From positions 8,813 through 72,812 of the forward strand of contig NZ_CAKQFJ010000006.1 in assembly GCF_934230905.1 (NCBI RefSeq): a stretch of 64,000 nucleotides of DNA, read 5' to 3'. Positions 48,880 to 61,890 of this stretch are shown here, piece by piece (position 1 is the stretch's first letter; each line of letters opens with the position of its first letter). The notes under the pieces are model-generated. The model had not been told where the DNA came from. It ran no database searches and saw nothing but the letters and a program-made list of their open reading frames with translations. Made by a program: the position numbers and the translations under genes. Origin of the DNA: an uncultured Veillonella sp. (GTDB lineage Bacteria; Bacillota; Negativicutes; Veillonellales; Veillonellaceae).

Positions 48880-49581
48880 TTATAAACTCATCAAAAATTT
48901 TACACTTTGTAATTGTTTTCCTATTTCATGTTCACAATAAGAAAATAGTAATTTTTCTAATTCTTTCCATACAGTTCTAGGAAGTTCAATAGGCGCTGTA
49001 TCACCCCATTGATAAGCCAACATATTTGGCATCGCTTTGCGTAATGCAATAGATGGATTCATATGCGTATGCAAACGTAATTCGTTCCAAAATAAATCAA
49101 TTCCATCTCCTGTAGCAAATGCTTCCTGCTGTGGCATTATACCTGCTAACGACAACATCTGCCATCCCAATATGATGGTCCCTAGTCGTACATTTCTTTG
49201 CCGTATGGATTTAGAATAGTTGACCACAGCATCGAATACCTTACGATCTACATCATACAACGCAAAAAGTTCTTGTATAAGTTCACTAGCTACAGAGGCA
49301 TAGGCAATATTATCTAAATTCGTATCAAGTGATTCTACCACATAGGACCCATCAATTTGGGTAACTTTCACAAATTCTCCATCCTGTACAACTGTAATAT
49401 ACATAGCACTGAATGGACGTAGATAGGAAGCATTGCGCAATGTTTGTAGTCGTTTATGTGGTATAGATGCCTTAATAATACCTAACGATGGAGTTATAAA
49501 AGTAAATACTGAATAAAGCTTATATTTTTTTCGACTCACTACGATAGCAGGTGTATTAAATCCTCCATTAAGATTATTCAT
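48880..49581 (-). CDS. recO: DNA repair protein RecO
   Basis: 233 aa. The N-terminal OB-fold-like region and the conserved position directly downstream of era support the call. No obvious C-terminal Zn finger. Confidence 0.65.
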   Translation of the reverse strand: MNNLNGGFNTPAIVVSRKKYKLYSVFTFITPSLGIIKASIPHKRLQTLRNASYLRPFSAMYITVVQDGEFVKVTQIDGSYVVESLDTNLDNIAYASVASELIQELFALYDVDRKVFDAVVNYSKSIRQRNVRLGTIILGWQMLSLAGIMPQQEAFATGDGIDLFWNELRLHTHMNPSIALRKAMPNMLAYQWGDTAPIELPRTVWKELEKLLFSYCEHEIGKQLQSVKFLMSL

Positions 49582-50902
49582 GATTATCTTCCGGTACAGG
49601 TTCTAATTCCGGTAAAGGAGTCACTCGCAATCGAGAAATACGATATCCTTGCATCTTAATGACTTCAAAAGTATATCCATAAGCATCTACAGTATCACCT
49701 ACGATTGGAGTACGTTCTAATAAACCAAAAATATATCCACCAATTGTATCAGAATCAGAATCCTCAATATGAATATTCATCATTTCAGATACTTCATCCA
49801 CAAGAACCTTACCATCAAACTCAAAGGAACCATCTGCATAGCTCATCGTTGCTGGTAAATGGGATTCATGTTCGTCTTGAATATCCCCGACCAATTCCTC
49901 AATGATATCTTCTAATCCTACTAGACCTACCATACCACCATATTCATCGACAACAACAGCTTGATAAATACGACGAGTCCGCATATATTGCAACAAAGTA
50001 GAAAGTTTCATAACTTCAGGAACAGTTAAAATATCGCGTTTAATATTACGCAAATCTTTTCTAGCTTGATTCTGACGTTCCATCAAATCCTTAATGTGTA
50101 CAAGGCCTACAATATGATCTTTATCTTCCACACACAATGGGTATCTTGTATGCGACGTAGACCGAATTACCTTCATGGCTTCATCATATCCATCTTCCAC
50201 AAAAATACAGTCCACATCTTGGCGTGGCACCATAACCTCTTTTGCCATACGTTCCACAAAATTAAATACATTATCTATCAACTCAGATTCTACTTGATTT
50301 AACTGACCTTCTTCATGACTTCGAGAAATCATCATACGTAGTTCCTCTTCAGTGTATACAAGGTCTAATTCAGTTAAGTATTTTGTTTGGTAAAACTTAA
50401 GGATACAATTGGATATTTTACTAGCTAACCAAACAAAAGGATATACAATGCGACCAACTCCAACAACAATACGGCTATGCATATTGACATACTTTGTAGG
50501 AAATGATAACCCCAATGCTTTTGGTACGATTTCACCAAAAATAAGTACGATAAGGCTAATGATGATTAGCAATAAAAGGTCCAAAATATGATGAACCCAT
50601 GTACCATGAATATTAAATACATCCATAATACCCGCTACAAAGCTATTAAAAATATATGTACCAGTCCCCGCTAAGGCGAGAATGAAAAAGAGTATAAGAA
50701 ATTGTGTAGTATTTAAAAAGTACTCAGGATTTTGATAAAGCTTTAATAAAAATTGACGATCTTTCTCTAATAATATCGTCATATCCTCCACATGTTCTTT
50801 GCGCAAACGAGCAAAGGAAAATTTTGCAACAACTAAAAAGTTAATTAAGAAAATACATACTATGCCAAATAGAATCGGTAACAGGGCATCTATACTATCC
50901 AT
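49574..50902 (-). CDS. CNNM/CorC-family transporter-associated protein (DUF21 TM domain + CBS pair + CorC_HlyC domain)
   Basis: 442 aa. An N-terminal 4-TM DUF21, tandem CBS motifs and the C-terminal CorC/HlyC transporter-associated domain (…GYIFGLLERTPIVGDTV…). Confidence 0.8.
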   Translation of the reverse strand: MDSIDALLPILFGIVCIFLINFLVVAKFSFARLRKEHVEDMTILLEKDRQFLLKLYQNPEYFLNTTQFLILFFILALAGTGTYIFNSFVAGIMDVFNIHGTWVHHILDLLLLIIISLIVLIFGEIVPKALGLSFPTKYVNMHSRIVVGVGRIVYPFVWLASKISNCILKFYQTKYLTELDLVYTEEELRMMISRSHEEGQLNQVESELIDNVFNFVERMAKEVMVPRQDVDCIFVEDGYDEAMKVIRSTSHTRYPLCVEDKDHIVGLVHIKDLMERQNQARKDLRNIKRDILTVPEVMKLSTLLQYMRTRRIYQAVVVDEYGGMVGLVGLEDIIEELVGDIQDEHESHLPATMSYADGSFEFDGKVLVDEVSEMMNIHIEDSDSDTIGGYIFGLLERTPIVGDTVDAYGYTFEVIKMQGYRISRLRVTPLPELEPVPEDNHE

Positions 50903-50936
50903 AATAATCCTTTCTATCGTAATGACACAACAAAAT

Positions 50937-51836
50937 CTATTTTTTATAACCTAATTCTGAAAGCATACCAGATTTGTTACGCCAATCCTTCTTAACCTTA
51001 ACCCATAAATCAAGATACACTTTTGTGGCTAATAGCTTTTGAATGTCCATGCGCGCTTCCGCACCAATCTTGCGTAGTAACGCACCTTTATTACCAATGA
51101 TAATCCCCTTTTGAGAATCCCGTTCACAATAGATAGTAGCACGAATATAGGTTGTTCCATCATCACGGGTCTTCATTTCATCCACATCAACAGCAATAGC
51201 ATGAGGGATTTCATCACGAGTAGACAATAAAATCTTTTCTCGAACGATATCGGAAATAATCAATCGTTCTGGTTGGTCCGTAATCATATCTTCTGGGAAG
51301 TATTGAGGACCTTCTGGCAAATATTTACCTAACACATTAAGCAATTCAGATAAATTTTCTTTATTCTTTGCCGAAATAGGGATGACACCAGTAAATGGAT
51401 ACGCATCTTGATAGGACACGATAGCTTCTAATACTTGTTCTTTTTGTAGTGTATCGATTTTATTGACTACGAGGAACACCGGTACTTTCACACGTTTCAA
51501 TTGTTCAATGATGAAATTGTCCCCAGGGCCACGTTTTTCATTGCCTGCCACAACAAATAGAACAGCCTCTGTCTCTTTTAAGGATTCAATAGCTGCATCG
51601 ACCATGAATTCACCTAATTTATGTTTTGGCTTATGTACACCGGGTGTATCCATGAATACGATTTGCTTCTCTTCATCAGTGTAAACACAAATAATGCGGT
51701 TACGCGTAGTCTGCGCCTTATCAGACACAATAGCAATCTTATCGCCTATTAAGGCATTAATCATCGTAGACTTGCCTACATTTGGTCGCCCTACAACAGC
51801 AACAAAACCGGATTTAAAATGTTCTGCTTTATTCAT
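50937..51836 (-). CDS. era: GTPase Era
   Basis: G1 (GRPNVGKST), G3 (DTPG), G4 (NKID) and a C-terminal KH domain. The probable start is [11 protein letters not shown] at about 51836; the ORF-track start would overlap ybeY. Confidence 0.9.
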   Translation of the reverse strand: MNKAEHFKSGFVAVVGRPNVGKSTMINALIGDKIAIVSDKAQTTRNRIICVYTDEEKQIVFMDTPGVHKPKHKLGEFMVDAAIESLKETEAVLFVVAGNEKRGPGDNFIIEQLKRVKVPVFLVVNKIDTLQKEQVLEAIVSYQDAYPFTGVIPISAKNKENLSELLNVLGKYLPEGPQYFPEDMITDQPERLIISDIVREKILLSTRDEIPHAIAVDVDEMKTRDDGTTYIRATIYCERDSQKGIIIGNKGALLRKIGAEARMDIQKLLATKVYLDLWVKVKKDWRNKSGMLSELGYKK

Positions 51837-52305
51837 TATATGGTTGATCCTCTCGTACATACCCTAAATTAGAAAGCACAAATTCTTCTTCTGTGCGCAT
51901 TTCTTTTTTATCTTCATCGGTCATATGGTCATAGCCTAAGATATGCAAACAACTATGTGTTGTCAAATAGGCTAATTCCCGTTCAAAACTATGTCCGTAT
52001 TCGATGGCTTGTTCATGAGCTCGCTCTAAGGAAAGTATCATATCCCCCAATAGATGATGTTCTTCTTCACTACCTTCATAATCGTCCCCTTCATTAAGGG
52101 CAAAAGACAATACATCTGTGGGCCGATCAATGCCACGATACTCTTTATTGAGTTCATGAATTTTCTTATTATCACATAACAGAATGCTTAGTTCATCATC
52201 TTCGAGTCCATATACACGGCTCACTTCATCGCAAACCTTTCGTATAACCTCTTCAATCTTAGCATCTCGGGCTATACCATCATCATAACTAATTTGTATA
52301 TGCAT
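51829..52305 (-). CDS. ybeY: endoribonuclease YbeY (rRNA maturation factor)
   Basis: 158 aa with the HxxxHxxGxxH metal motif ([11 protein letters not shown]). Confidence 0.9.
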   Translation of the reverse strand: MHIQISYDDGIARDAKIEEVIRKVCDEVSRVYGLEDDELSILLCDNKKIHELNKEYRGIDRPTDVLSFALNEGDDYEGSEEEHHLLGDMILSLERAHEQAIEYGHSFERELAYLTTHSCLHILGYDHMTDEDKKEMRTEEEFVLSNLGYVREDQPYNE

Positions 52306-52310
52306 AATTC

Positions 52311-53279
52311 TTATTCTTCCTTTGAAAGCTTTTGATGGTACGCATCATAGGCTTTAACAATACGACCTACCAAATCATGACGCACCACATCTTGATCCGT
52401 AAAGTAAACCATATGAATGCCCGGCACTCGTTTTAATACCTTTTCTGCTTCATATAAACCAGAAGTTACACGAGGCGGCAAGTCAATTTGTGTTTTATCA
52501 CCATTGACGACCATTTTAGAGTTATTACCTAAACGTGTTAAAAACATCTTCATTTGTTCTGCCGTCGTATTCTGTGCTTCATCCAAGATAACAAATGCAT
52601 TCTCCAGTGTACGACCACGCATATACGCTAGTGGTGCTACCTCGATTGTGCCCCGCTCCATAAATCGTTGAACTTGTTCAATACCAAACATTTCGTGCAA
52701 CGCATCATACAAGGGACGTAAATATGGGTCTACTTTATCTTGCAATTCTCCAGGTAAGAATCCGAGCCGTTCACCAGCCTCTACGGCAGGTCGCGTCAAA
52801 ATAATCTTATCTACATTACGATTCTTTAAGTAAAATGCTGCCAATGCAACAGACAAAAAGGTTTTACCTGTACCAGCAGGACCGATGCCAAAAGTAATCG
52901 TATTCTTTCGAATACTATCTACATATTGCTTTTGACCTTCCGTCTTTGGCGTAATACTTTTACCACGCATTGTTACTGATAATGTATCTTCAAACATAGT
53001 ATGAAGAGCATCACCCTTGCCATTCATGACCATCTTAGCCGCAATGCGGACCTGAGATTCTGTGATTGTGCTACCTTCTTTATATAAAAATACTAATTCC
53101 TCTAGGGTACGGTATAGAGCATCTACATACATATCATCACCCTTTATAACAACCGTATCTCCACGCGATACGATATCTACAGGGATGACCTCATTCATCA
53201 TTTGTAAATATCTATTATGTTGACCTAGTATAGATTGTGCTAAGTCATAGGTAGGAAAGGTAAATACCCGTTCGCTCAT
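52311..53279 (-). CDS. phoH: PhoH-like ATPase
   Basis: 322 aa with Walker A ([13 protein letters not shown]) and the PhoH family fold. Conserved phoH-ybeY-era arrangement. Confidence 0.9.
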   Translation of the reverse strand: MSERVFTFPTYDLAQSILGQHNRYLQMMNEVIPVDIVSRGDTVVIKGDDMYVDALYRTLEELVFLYKEGSTITESQVRIAAKMVMNGKGDALHTMFEDTLSVTMRGKSITPKTEGQKQYVDSIRKNTITFGIGPAGTGKTFLSVALAAFYLKNRNVDKIILTRPAVEAGERLGFLPGELQDKVDPYLRPLYDALHEMFGIEQVQRFMERGTIEVAPLAYMRGRTLENAFVILDEAQNTTAEQMKMFLTRLGNNSKMVVNGDKTQIDLPPRVTSGLYEAEKVLKRVPGIHMVYFTDQDVVRHDLVGRIVKAYDAYHQKLSKEE

Positions 53280-54253
53280 GCTTGTCCCCCATCTATAAAT
53301 TTACGTACTGCTTTACCATTTAAATAATCACATAAATCGCCTTGATGTGCATCTAGTTCATCCATCATATCATCAATTAAATCCTGTACACGCCACCAGC
53401 CCATAGACCAATTGGTGAATAATGTATTATCCTCTGGAGCACGACCCACTAATCGTTGCAATACGATATCTGGATGGAGATGGCGTAAAAACTGAACAAC
53501 ACGCTCTGCATACTCCTCGGCACTAATCAAGGTAATTTGACCTTCTTCATACCATTTAGCCATCAATGTATGTTTCACAATATACAAAGCATGTAACTTT
53601 ACTTGATCAACCCCAAGAGACGATAAAATCTTGGCCCCTTCAATGGTATCCTCCATCGTATCCCATGGCAAATTGACAATCATATGTGTGGTCACATTAA
53701 ATTCATAGCGCTTAATGCGGAGCACCGCATCGATAAACTGCGCTAAATCATGGCCCCGATTGATTTTCTCAAGTGTATGATAATTAACAGTTTGCAATCC
53801 TAACTCAATATAAATATCCTTATGAAACCGCTGTTGTATGTCCTGTAATACATCTAAATACTCATTAGAAATACAATCAGGTCTCGTAGCGATTGCAATC
53901 CCTACGGCTTCATCAATACAACCTTGTTCCATATAGGATTTAAAATCCTCTAATGGTAAATAGGTATTACTAAAATTTTGATAATAAGGAATAAATTTCT
54001 TCGCCTTATATTTAGGGCCAATATGTGCAATATTTTCCTTTAATTGCATGCGCACCGTCATCCATGCAGGTCTATTTTCATAACCTGCGCCGATTTCTCC
54101 ACAGAATGTACAGCCCCCAACACCAGCTGACCCATCTCGATTAGGACAGGTTAACGGTAATGCAACAGGTAATTTATATACCTTTTCACCATATGTTTCT
54201 TTATAAAATTTTGACACCATCCGGTACCGTTTCGGTCTCGTTGTATCTGACAT
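53276..54253 (-). CDS. radical SAM protein, TIGR01212 (YhcC-like) family
   Basis: 325 aa with the CxxxCxxC-type cluster region (…LTCPNRDGSAGVGGCTFCGE…). It overlaps the phoH start by 4 nt. Confidence 0.7.
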   Translation of the reverse strand: MSDTTRPKRYRMVSKFYKETYGEKVYKLPVALPLTCPNRDGSAGVGGCTFCGEIGAGYENRPAWMTVRMQLKENIAHIGPKYKAKKFIPYYQNFSNTYLPLEDFKSYMEQGCIDEAVGIAIATRPDCISNEYLDVLQDIQQRFHKDIYIELGLQTVNYHTLEKINRGHDLAQFIDAVLRIKRYEFNVTTHMIVNLPWDTMEDTIEGAKILSSLGVDQVKLHALYIVKHTLMAKWYEEGQITLISAEEYAERVVQFLRHLHPDIVLQRLVGRAPEDNTLFTNWSMGWWRVQDLIDDMMDELDAHQGDLCDYLNGKAVRKFIDGGQA

Positions 54254-54267
54254 AACACTCCTCTATA

Positions 54268-56013
54268 TCATTGTATGTTTTCAGGGCGAATAAATGGGGC
54301 TACCTCTTGATTCACATCTATGATCACTGTGAAAGTCCCTTCTGGAATATGTTGAATTCCTAAATAAGATGCTGTTTCACGGCTCATGGTCATTTCCACA
54401 TATTGCTGGCGAATTTTACGCCATTCTTTAAAAGTATAATTGGGAATAAATGTAGACGCAATCTCTTCATTGCGCCAAAACGCTTCGCCTACTTGTAGCA
54501 ATTCCTTTGTTTGTTTAGGCAATCCTACTACTTCGCTACGCACCTTACCACGATAACTTACCAATGTATCATATTGCAATAACTCTGCAGCTATCGTATC
54601 ACCTTTTGCAAGGAAGAAACGATATAAGAATTCAATTTGGTCTATATCCTTAAGATTAACCTTGTGATTACCTTCCTTGAGCCATGCACGTGTCATGTCA
54701 CAAAAATAGGTAAATGCATCTGTTTCACCGTGAATCAATTGTTGTCCGATATAACCAAAGGTCGTTCTAAAGCGCTCACTATTATAAAAACGCTCAAATA
54801 CATCTTCAAAATATTTCAAGAAACGTACTTCATCATAAGGTAATACATGCGTACTCAAAACCTCATATGGTGCCAACGGATCTGCTACGTACTTGTATTC
54901 ACTCATTCGTCGTACACCAGATCCTTTTAGTAATTTTAAGAATCCTATTTGTAATGCATGAGGTTGTAAGCTAAATAGATCGTTAAAAGATTGTCCAAAT
55001 CGATTAAAATCCTCGTGAGGCAATCCTACAATAAGATCCATGTGAACATGCGTACGTCCTGCTTGAATAATAGGACGTATAGATTTTTGGATGTATGGCC
55101 AATCATTATAGCGATTAATAGCATCCAATGTTTTCTTGTGTGTGCTTTGTACACCTACCTCGATTTGAATGCGTCCAGGTGGCGTTTCACAAAGAATGTT
55201 GGTTTCCCACTCTGTCATAAGCTCCGGTTCCATTTCTAAGTGGAAATTCATATCTGTATCGCTATCTCTCATGAACTCCATAAGTGGTCTATGATGATGC
55301 GGTGCACAGTTAAAGGTGCGGTCTACAAATTTTACTTGCTTCACACCATGATCAATAAACCATTGCAATTCTTCTAATGTCCGCTCTTGAGGAAAGAATC
55401 GTACAGTATTCTTATTACCCGACAAACAGTACTGACAAGAAAAAGGACAACCACGAGAGGATTCATAATAAATAATCTTATGCTCTAAATCGTCCATATC
55501 TTCCTCTGTATATGGGAATGGTATGGTAGATAAATCACGAACCTCTACGGCCTCTGCCGAGCCTAAAATACTACCATTCCTACGTCCCCTCACACCGGGA
55601 ATCACAGGGTCTAACCCATCATTACCAAGTTGTAATGCCGTTACAAGGGCATGGAATGCTTCCTCGCCCTCACCTTGTACAATATAATCGATATTCGGAC
55701 ATCGTTCTAATAGTTCATCAGCTGTGAAAGAAACCTCTGGTCCGCCCAATACTATTTTAATATCTGGTCGTACGGCTTTCACCATGTCCACCACATGCAA
55801 GGTCATTTCAATATTCCAAATGTAGCAGGCAAAACCTAGAACATCGATATCATGCTCTGTAATGTCGCTGAGAATATGCAAAACAGGCATATTAATAGTA
55901 TATTCCACTATATCGTATGCCTGTCCATGGGCTTCACCATAAGCCTTGAGATATCTCAAGGCAAGTGAAGAATGTATAAATTTTGAGTTTAATGTTGATA
56001 GAACTACGTTCAT
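54268..56013 (-). CDS. B12-binding-domain radical SAM protein with C-terminal DUF4080-like region
   Basis: 581 aa. N-terminal cobalamin-binding-like domain, radical SAM core (…SSRGCPFSCQYCLSG…) and a long C-terminal extension. Confidence 0.7.
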   Translation of the reverse strand: MNVVLSTLNSKFIHSSLALRYLKAYGEAHGQAYDIVEYTINMPVLHILSDITEHDIDVLGFACYIWNIEMTLHVVDMVKAVRPDIKIVLGGPEVSFTADELLERCPNIDYIVQGEGEEAFHALVTALQLGNDGLDPVIPGVRGRRNGSILGSAEAVEVRDLSTIPFPYTEEDMDDLEHKIIYYESSRGCPFSCQYCLSGNKNTVRFFPQERTLEELQWFIDHGVKQVKFVDRTFNCAPHHHRPLMEFMRDSDTDMNFHLEMEPELMTEWETNILCETPPGRIQIEVGVQSTHKKTLDAINRYNDWPYIQKSIRPIIQAGRTHVHMDLIVGLPHEDFNRFGQSFNDLFSLQPHALQIGFLKLLKGSGVRRMSEYKYVADPLAPYEVLSTHVLPYDEVRFLKYFEDVFERFYNSERFRTTFGYIGQQLIHGETDAFTYFCDMTRAWLKEGNHKVNLKDIDQIEFLYRFFLAKGDTIAAELLQYDTLVSYRGKVRSEVVGLPKQTKELLQVGEAFWRNEEIASTFIPNYTFKEWRKIRQQYVEMTMSRETASYLGIQHIPEGTFTVIIDVNQEVAPFIRPENIQ

Positions 56014-56077
56014 AGTACCCCTTTAGCATCATCGAATGGACTTGCCACCGTCTTGTCATAATAGATATATTATACCA

Positions 56078-56443
56078 TTAAAACAAGCCTAAGATAAAGG
56101 AGATAATAGCCCCTACTAGGACTACTACACCAACGATTGACAAGATGATGCCCCCGAAAAATACGATAGCTGCTAAGATTGCAGCTAATACAATAATCAT
56201 AATGATACGGCTTAGCCAACTAGAACCGCCAAAATGATATACTTTCACGCGAGGACCATAATCTTGAAATTGATCATACTGTGTACGTTCATTTTGTTCG
56301 TAAGAGGGCGTCGTTTCTACATGTACGGACTCGCCCGATTCATCGATAGTAACACCATCAAAATCACGGCGCTCTGTATCGCTTAGGACACGCGTCTTAG
56401 TTTCTTGTTCTTTATTTTCATTCATTGTATATTGGTTATTCAT
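56078..56443 (-). CDS. hypothetical acidic protein with C-terminal double transmembrane anchor
   Basis: 121 aa. The N-terminal about 70 aa are polar, acidic and Q/E/T-rich. The C-terminal about 45 aa are strongly hydrophobic (IIMIIVLAAILAAIVFFGGIILSIVGVVVLVGAIISFILGLF). Confidence 0.45.
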   Translation of the reverse strand: MNNQYTMNENKEQETKTRVLSDTERRDFDGVTIDESGESVHVETTPSYEQNERTQYDQFQDYGPRVKVYHFGGSSWLSRIIMIIVLAAILAAIVFFGGIILSIVGVVVLVGAIISFILGLF

Positions 56444-56591
56444 GATATATTCCTTATCACAAAACTATTAATCAATTTTATACAATTTATTATACCATAA
56501 TAGTCATGAAAACAAAATATCCCCTATGATAAATATACCATAGAGGACAATTCGTTTATGCAATATTAAGATGAACTAAGTCAAGACAGTC

Positions 56592-58040
56592 TTAGTCGTT
56601 TAAGAATTTTTGTAATAATTGGTTAACCATACCAGGGTTAGCACGGCCTTTAGATTCTTTCATAACTTGACCTACCAAGAAACCGATAGCTTTGCCATTA
56701 CCGCCCTTAAAGTCAGCCACTGGTTGTGGGTTATTAGCGATAACTTGTTTTACGATTTCTTCAATAGCGCCAGTATCTGTAATTTGAACAAGACCTTCTT
56801 CTTTTACGATAGCATCAGCATCCTTGCCGGATTCCCACATGGATACGATAACTTTTTTTGCAATTTTACCAGAAATGGTTCCTTTTTCGATAAGAGCAAT
56901 CATACCGGCCAAGTTTTCAGGGCTTACCTTAGATTCACCAAATGTTAAACCGCTCTCATTGATCATCTTAGACAAGTCACCAAGCATCCAGTTAGCCACA
57001 GTCTTAGGATCTGCGCCAGCTTTCACAGCTGCATCTAAATAATCAGCCGTCTTACGAGCCATGGTGAGAATGGTTGCATCTTCACGAGACAAGCCATATT
57101 CGGATACAAAGCGCGCAATTTTAGCGTCTTGTAACTCAGGCAAAGAACGACGTACTTCTTCGATTTTTTCGTCCGTAATTACGATTGGTACCAAGTCTGG
57201 TTCTGGGAAGTAACGGTAATCATTTTCTTCGTCCTTTTTACGCATACCAAGAGTAATACCTTGTGCATCGTCCCACGTACGTGTTTCTTGGTCTACTTTG
57301 CCGCCTGCTTCGATAAGCTTAGCTTGACGCAATGCTTCGTACTCAACAACCTTTTGAATAGCTGTTAAGGAGTTAACGTTTTTAGTTTCTGTACGTGTAC
57401 CAAATTCTTTGGAGCCACGAAGGCGTACGGATACGTTACAGTCACCACGCAAGGAACCTTCTTCCATACGACCGTCAGATACTTCTAAGTATTGCAAAAT
57501 AGAACGCAATTTTTCAACGTATGCTCTCGCTTCTGAACCAGAGCGAATATCTGGTTCAGATACGATTTCAAGAAGCGGTACGCCTGTACGGTTATAGTCA
57601 ACATTAGAAGAATTGGAGTCGGAAATCGTATTACCGCTATGAACCAATTTACCAGCATCTTCTTCCATGTGAATACGTGTAATACCGATGCGTTTAGTTT
57701 CACCATTTACTTCAATGTCTAAGTGACCATTCAAGCAAATTGGCAAATCGTATTGAGATGTTTGATAGTTTTTAGGCAAATCAGGATAGTAATAGTTTTT
57801 ACGGTCAAATTTGTTGAATTTAAGAATTTCACAATTCAACGCTAAACCTACTTTGATAGCAAATTCTACTACTTGTTTATTCAACACAGGCATAGCACCA
57901 GGTAAGCCGAGACATACTGGGCATACATGTGTATTTTGATCACCGCCGAATTCAGTGGTACAACCACAGAAGATTTTAGACTTAGTCTTAAGCTCTGTAT
58001 GAACCTCTAAACCAACGACTGTTTCGTATTTACTACTCAT
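56592..58040 (-). CDS. gatB: Asp-tRNA(Asn)/Glu-tRNA(Gln) amidotransferase subunit B
   Basis: GatB signature (…[13 protein letters not shown]…). The start is at about 58040 with an ATGA overlap onto the gatA stop. Confidence 0.9.
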   Translation of the reverse strand: MSSKYETVVGLEVHTELKTKSKIFCGCTTEFGGDQNTHVCPVCLGLPGAMPVLNKQVVEFAIKVGLALNCEILKFNKFDRKNYYYPDLPKNYQTSQYDLPICLNGHLDIEVNGETKRIGITRIHMEEDAGKLVHSGNTISDSNSSNVDYNRTGVPLLEIVSEPDIRSGSEARAYVEKLRSILQYLEVSDGRMEEGSLRGDCNVSVRLRGSKEFGTRTETKNVNSLTAIQKVVEYEALRQAKLIEAGGKVDQETRTWDDAQGITLGMRKKDEENDYRYFPEPDLVPIVITDEKIEEVRRSLPELQDAKIARFVSEYGLSREDATILTMARKTADYLDAAVKAGADPKTVANWMLGDLSKMINESGLTFGESKVSPENLAGMIALIEKGTISGKIAKKVIVSMWESGKDADAIVKEEGLVQITDTGAIEEIVKQVIANNPQPVADFKGGNGKAIGFLVGQVMKESKGRANPGMVNQLLQKFLND

Positions 58041-59497
58041 AGAGAAACCTCCCCAGTTGGTGCTACTAATTGACAATCTGGACGTGCTTGTTCAAAGGTG
58101 AAAGCTGCACGTAACAATGTTTCTTCGCCCATTGCAGGACCCAATAATTGCAAGCCAATTGGCAAATTATCACTGCTCATCCCCGCAGGAATGCTAATAC
58201 CAGGAATACCTGCTAAGTTAGCTGGAACTGTACAAATATCTTCTAAGTACATAGCCAATGGATCATTGATTTTTTCACCAAACTTATACGCTGTATTAGG
58301 GGCTGTTGGAGCCAATAACAAATCAACCTTGGAGAAGGCTGCATCAAATTCATTTTTGATAACTCGACGTACTTTAAGAGCTTTCAAATAATACGCATCA
58401 TAATAACCTGCACTCAATACATAAGTACCGAGCAAGATACGACGTTGTACTTCTGGGCCAAAGCCTTCTGTACGAGTTTTAGTAGACATTTCTACCAAAT
58501 TATCTGCAGGCACACGCAAACCATAGCTTACTCCATCATAACGAGCCAAGTTAGAACTTGCTTCTGCCAATGCGATAATATAGTACGCAGACAAAGCATA
58601 TTTTGTGCTAGGCAAGGAAACCTCAACGATTTCAGCCCCTAATTTTTTATATGTTTCAATTGCTTCATCGATAGCCTTGCGCACTTCTACATTAAGACCA
58701 TCGCCAAAGAATTCTTTTGGTACACCAATTTTTAAATTCTTAACATCGTTTACAAGTGCTTTTGTATAATCTACACGTTGCCCCGGAATAGATGTAGAGT
58801 CTTTAGGATCATGACCAGCAATGGCATTTAAAACCAACGCTGCATCAGTTACGTCCCGTGTAACAGGTCCAATTTGATCCAAAGAGGATGCAAAGGCAAT
58901 CAAACCATAACGAGATACATTACCATAGGTTGGTTTCATACCTACCACACCACAGAAAGATGCTGGTTGACGGATAGAACCACCTGTATCGGAGCCTAAT
59001 GCCCAAATAGCAGAGCCGCTAGATACGGCAGCTGCACTACCACCAGAGGAACCACCTGGTACACACTCCAAATTCCATGGATTAGCCGTTTTAGCTAATG
59101 CGGAATTTTCTGTAGAACCGCCCATGGCGAATTCATCCATGTTAAGCTTACCTAAGCTAACTAAGTGATTAGCATGTAATCTCTCAATAACAGATGCGTT
59201 ATATGGAGGAATGAAATGTTCCAACATTTTGGATGCACATGTAGCAGGTTGATCTTTAATACAAATATTATCCTTAATAGCGCCAGGAATACCTGCTAAT
59301 GGGGAAATAGCTTCACCCTTTGCAATAGCTTCATCAACAGCTTTAGCAGACTCTAATGCTAATTCGTGGGAATCAGATAAATACGTATGTACCTCTGGTT
59401 CCACTTTTGCTTTGTGACTAATTACTGCATTTGTTAATTCTATAGCACTGATTTCTTTGTTCACTAATTTAGTGTGTAATTCATGAATTGTTGCCAC
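58037..59497 (-). CDS. gatA: Glu-tRNA(Gln) amidotransferase subunit A (amidase)
   Basis: 486 aa with the amidase signature ([11 protein letters not shown]…). Confidence 0.9.
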   Translation of the reverse strand: MATIHELHTKLVNKEISAIELTNAVISHKAKVEPEVHTYLSDSHELALESAKAVDEAIAKGEAISPLAGIPGAIKDNICIKDQPATCASKMLEHFIPPYNASVIERLHANHLVSLGKLNMDEFAMGGSTENSALAKTANPWNLECVPGGSSGGSAAAVSSGSAIWALGSDTGGSIRQPASFCGVVGMKPTYGNVSRYGLIAFASSLDQIGPVTRDVTDAALVLNAIAGHDPKDSTSIPGQRVDYTKALVNDVKNLKIGVPKEFFGDGLNVEVRKAIDEAIETYKKLGAEIVEVSLPSTKYALSAYYIIALAEASSNLARYDGVSYGLRVPADNLVEMSTKTRTEGFGPEVQRRILLGTYVLSAGYYDAYYLKALKVRRVIKNEFDAAFSKVDLLLAPTAPNTAYKFGEKINDPLAMYLEDICTVPANLAGIPGISIPAGMSSDNLPIGLQLLGPAMGEETLLRAAFTFEQARPDCQLVAPTGEVSL

Positions 59498-59508
59498 AGT
59501 GAAACCTC

Positions 59509-59799
59509 CTATTCTTGTACAACGCGCGGTACTTTAAAGTACCCATCTTCTTCTTCAGGTGCATTAGACAATGCTAAGTCGTGATCTAAAGAAGGTTTAG
59601 TTTCATCTTCTCTAAATACATTATGCAAAGGAACAGCATGAGCCATTACTTCTACATCATCTAATTCTAATTCATTTAATTCTGCTACATACGTTAAGAT
59701 ATCGGACAATTCCTTCTCAACGCTAGCCATTTTATCTTCTTTTACTTCTAATCGGGACAGTAAAGCGATTTTTTTTATTTCCTCTTGGCTGATTTTCAT
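59509..59799 (-). CDS. gatC: Glu-tRNA(Gln) amidotransferase subunit C
   Basis: About 96 aa ([19 protein letters not shown]…). First gene of gatCAB. Confidence 0.85.
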   Translation of the reverse strand: MKISQEEIKKIALLSRLEVKEDKMASVEKELSDILTYVAELNELELDDVEVMAHAVPLHNVFREDETKPSLDHDLALSNAPEEEDGYFKVPRVVQE

Positions 59800-59863
59800 C
59801 GGTCCACATCCTTTCATATCTTTTAATTATAAAGCATATGACATATATTTTCAAAATAAAGGA

Positions 59864-61873
<2,010 letters not shown>

Positions 61874-61890
61874 CTATATCATACAATGAT

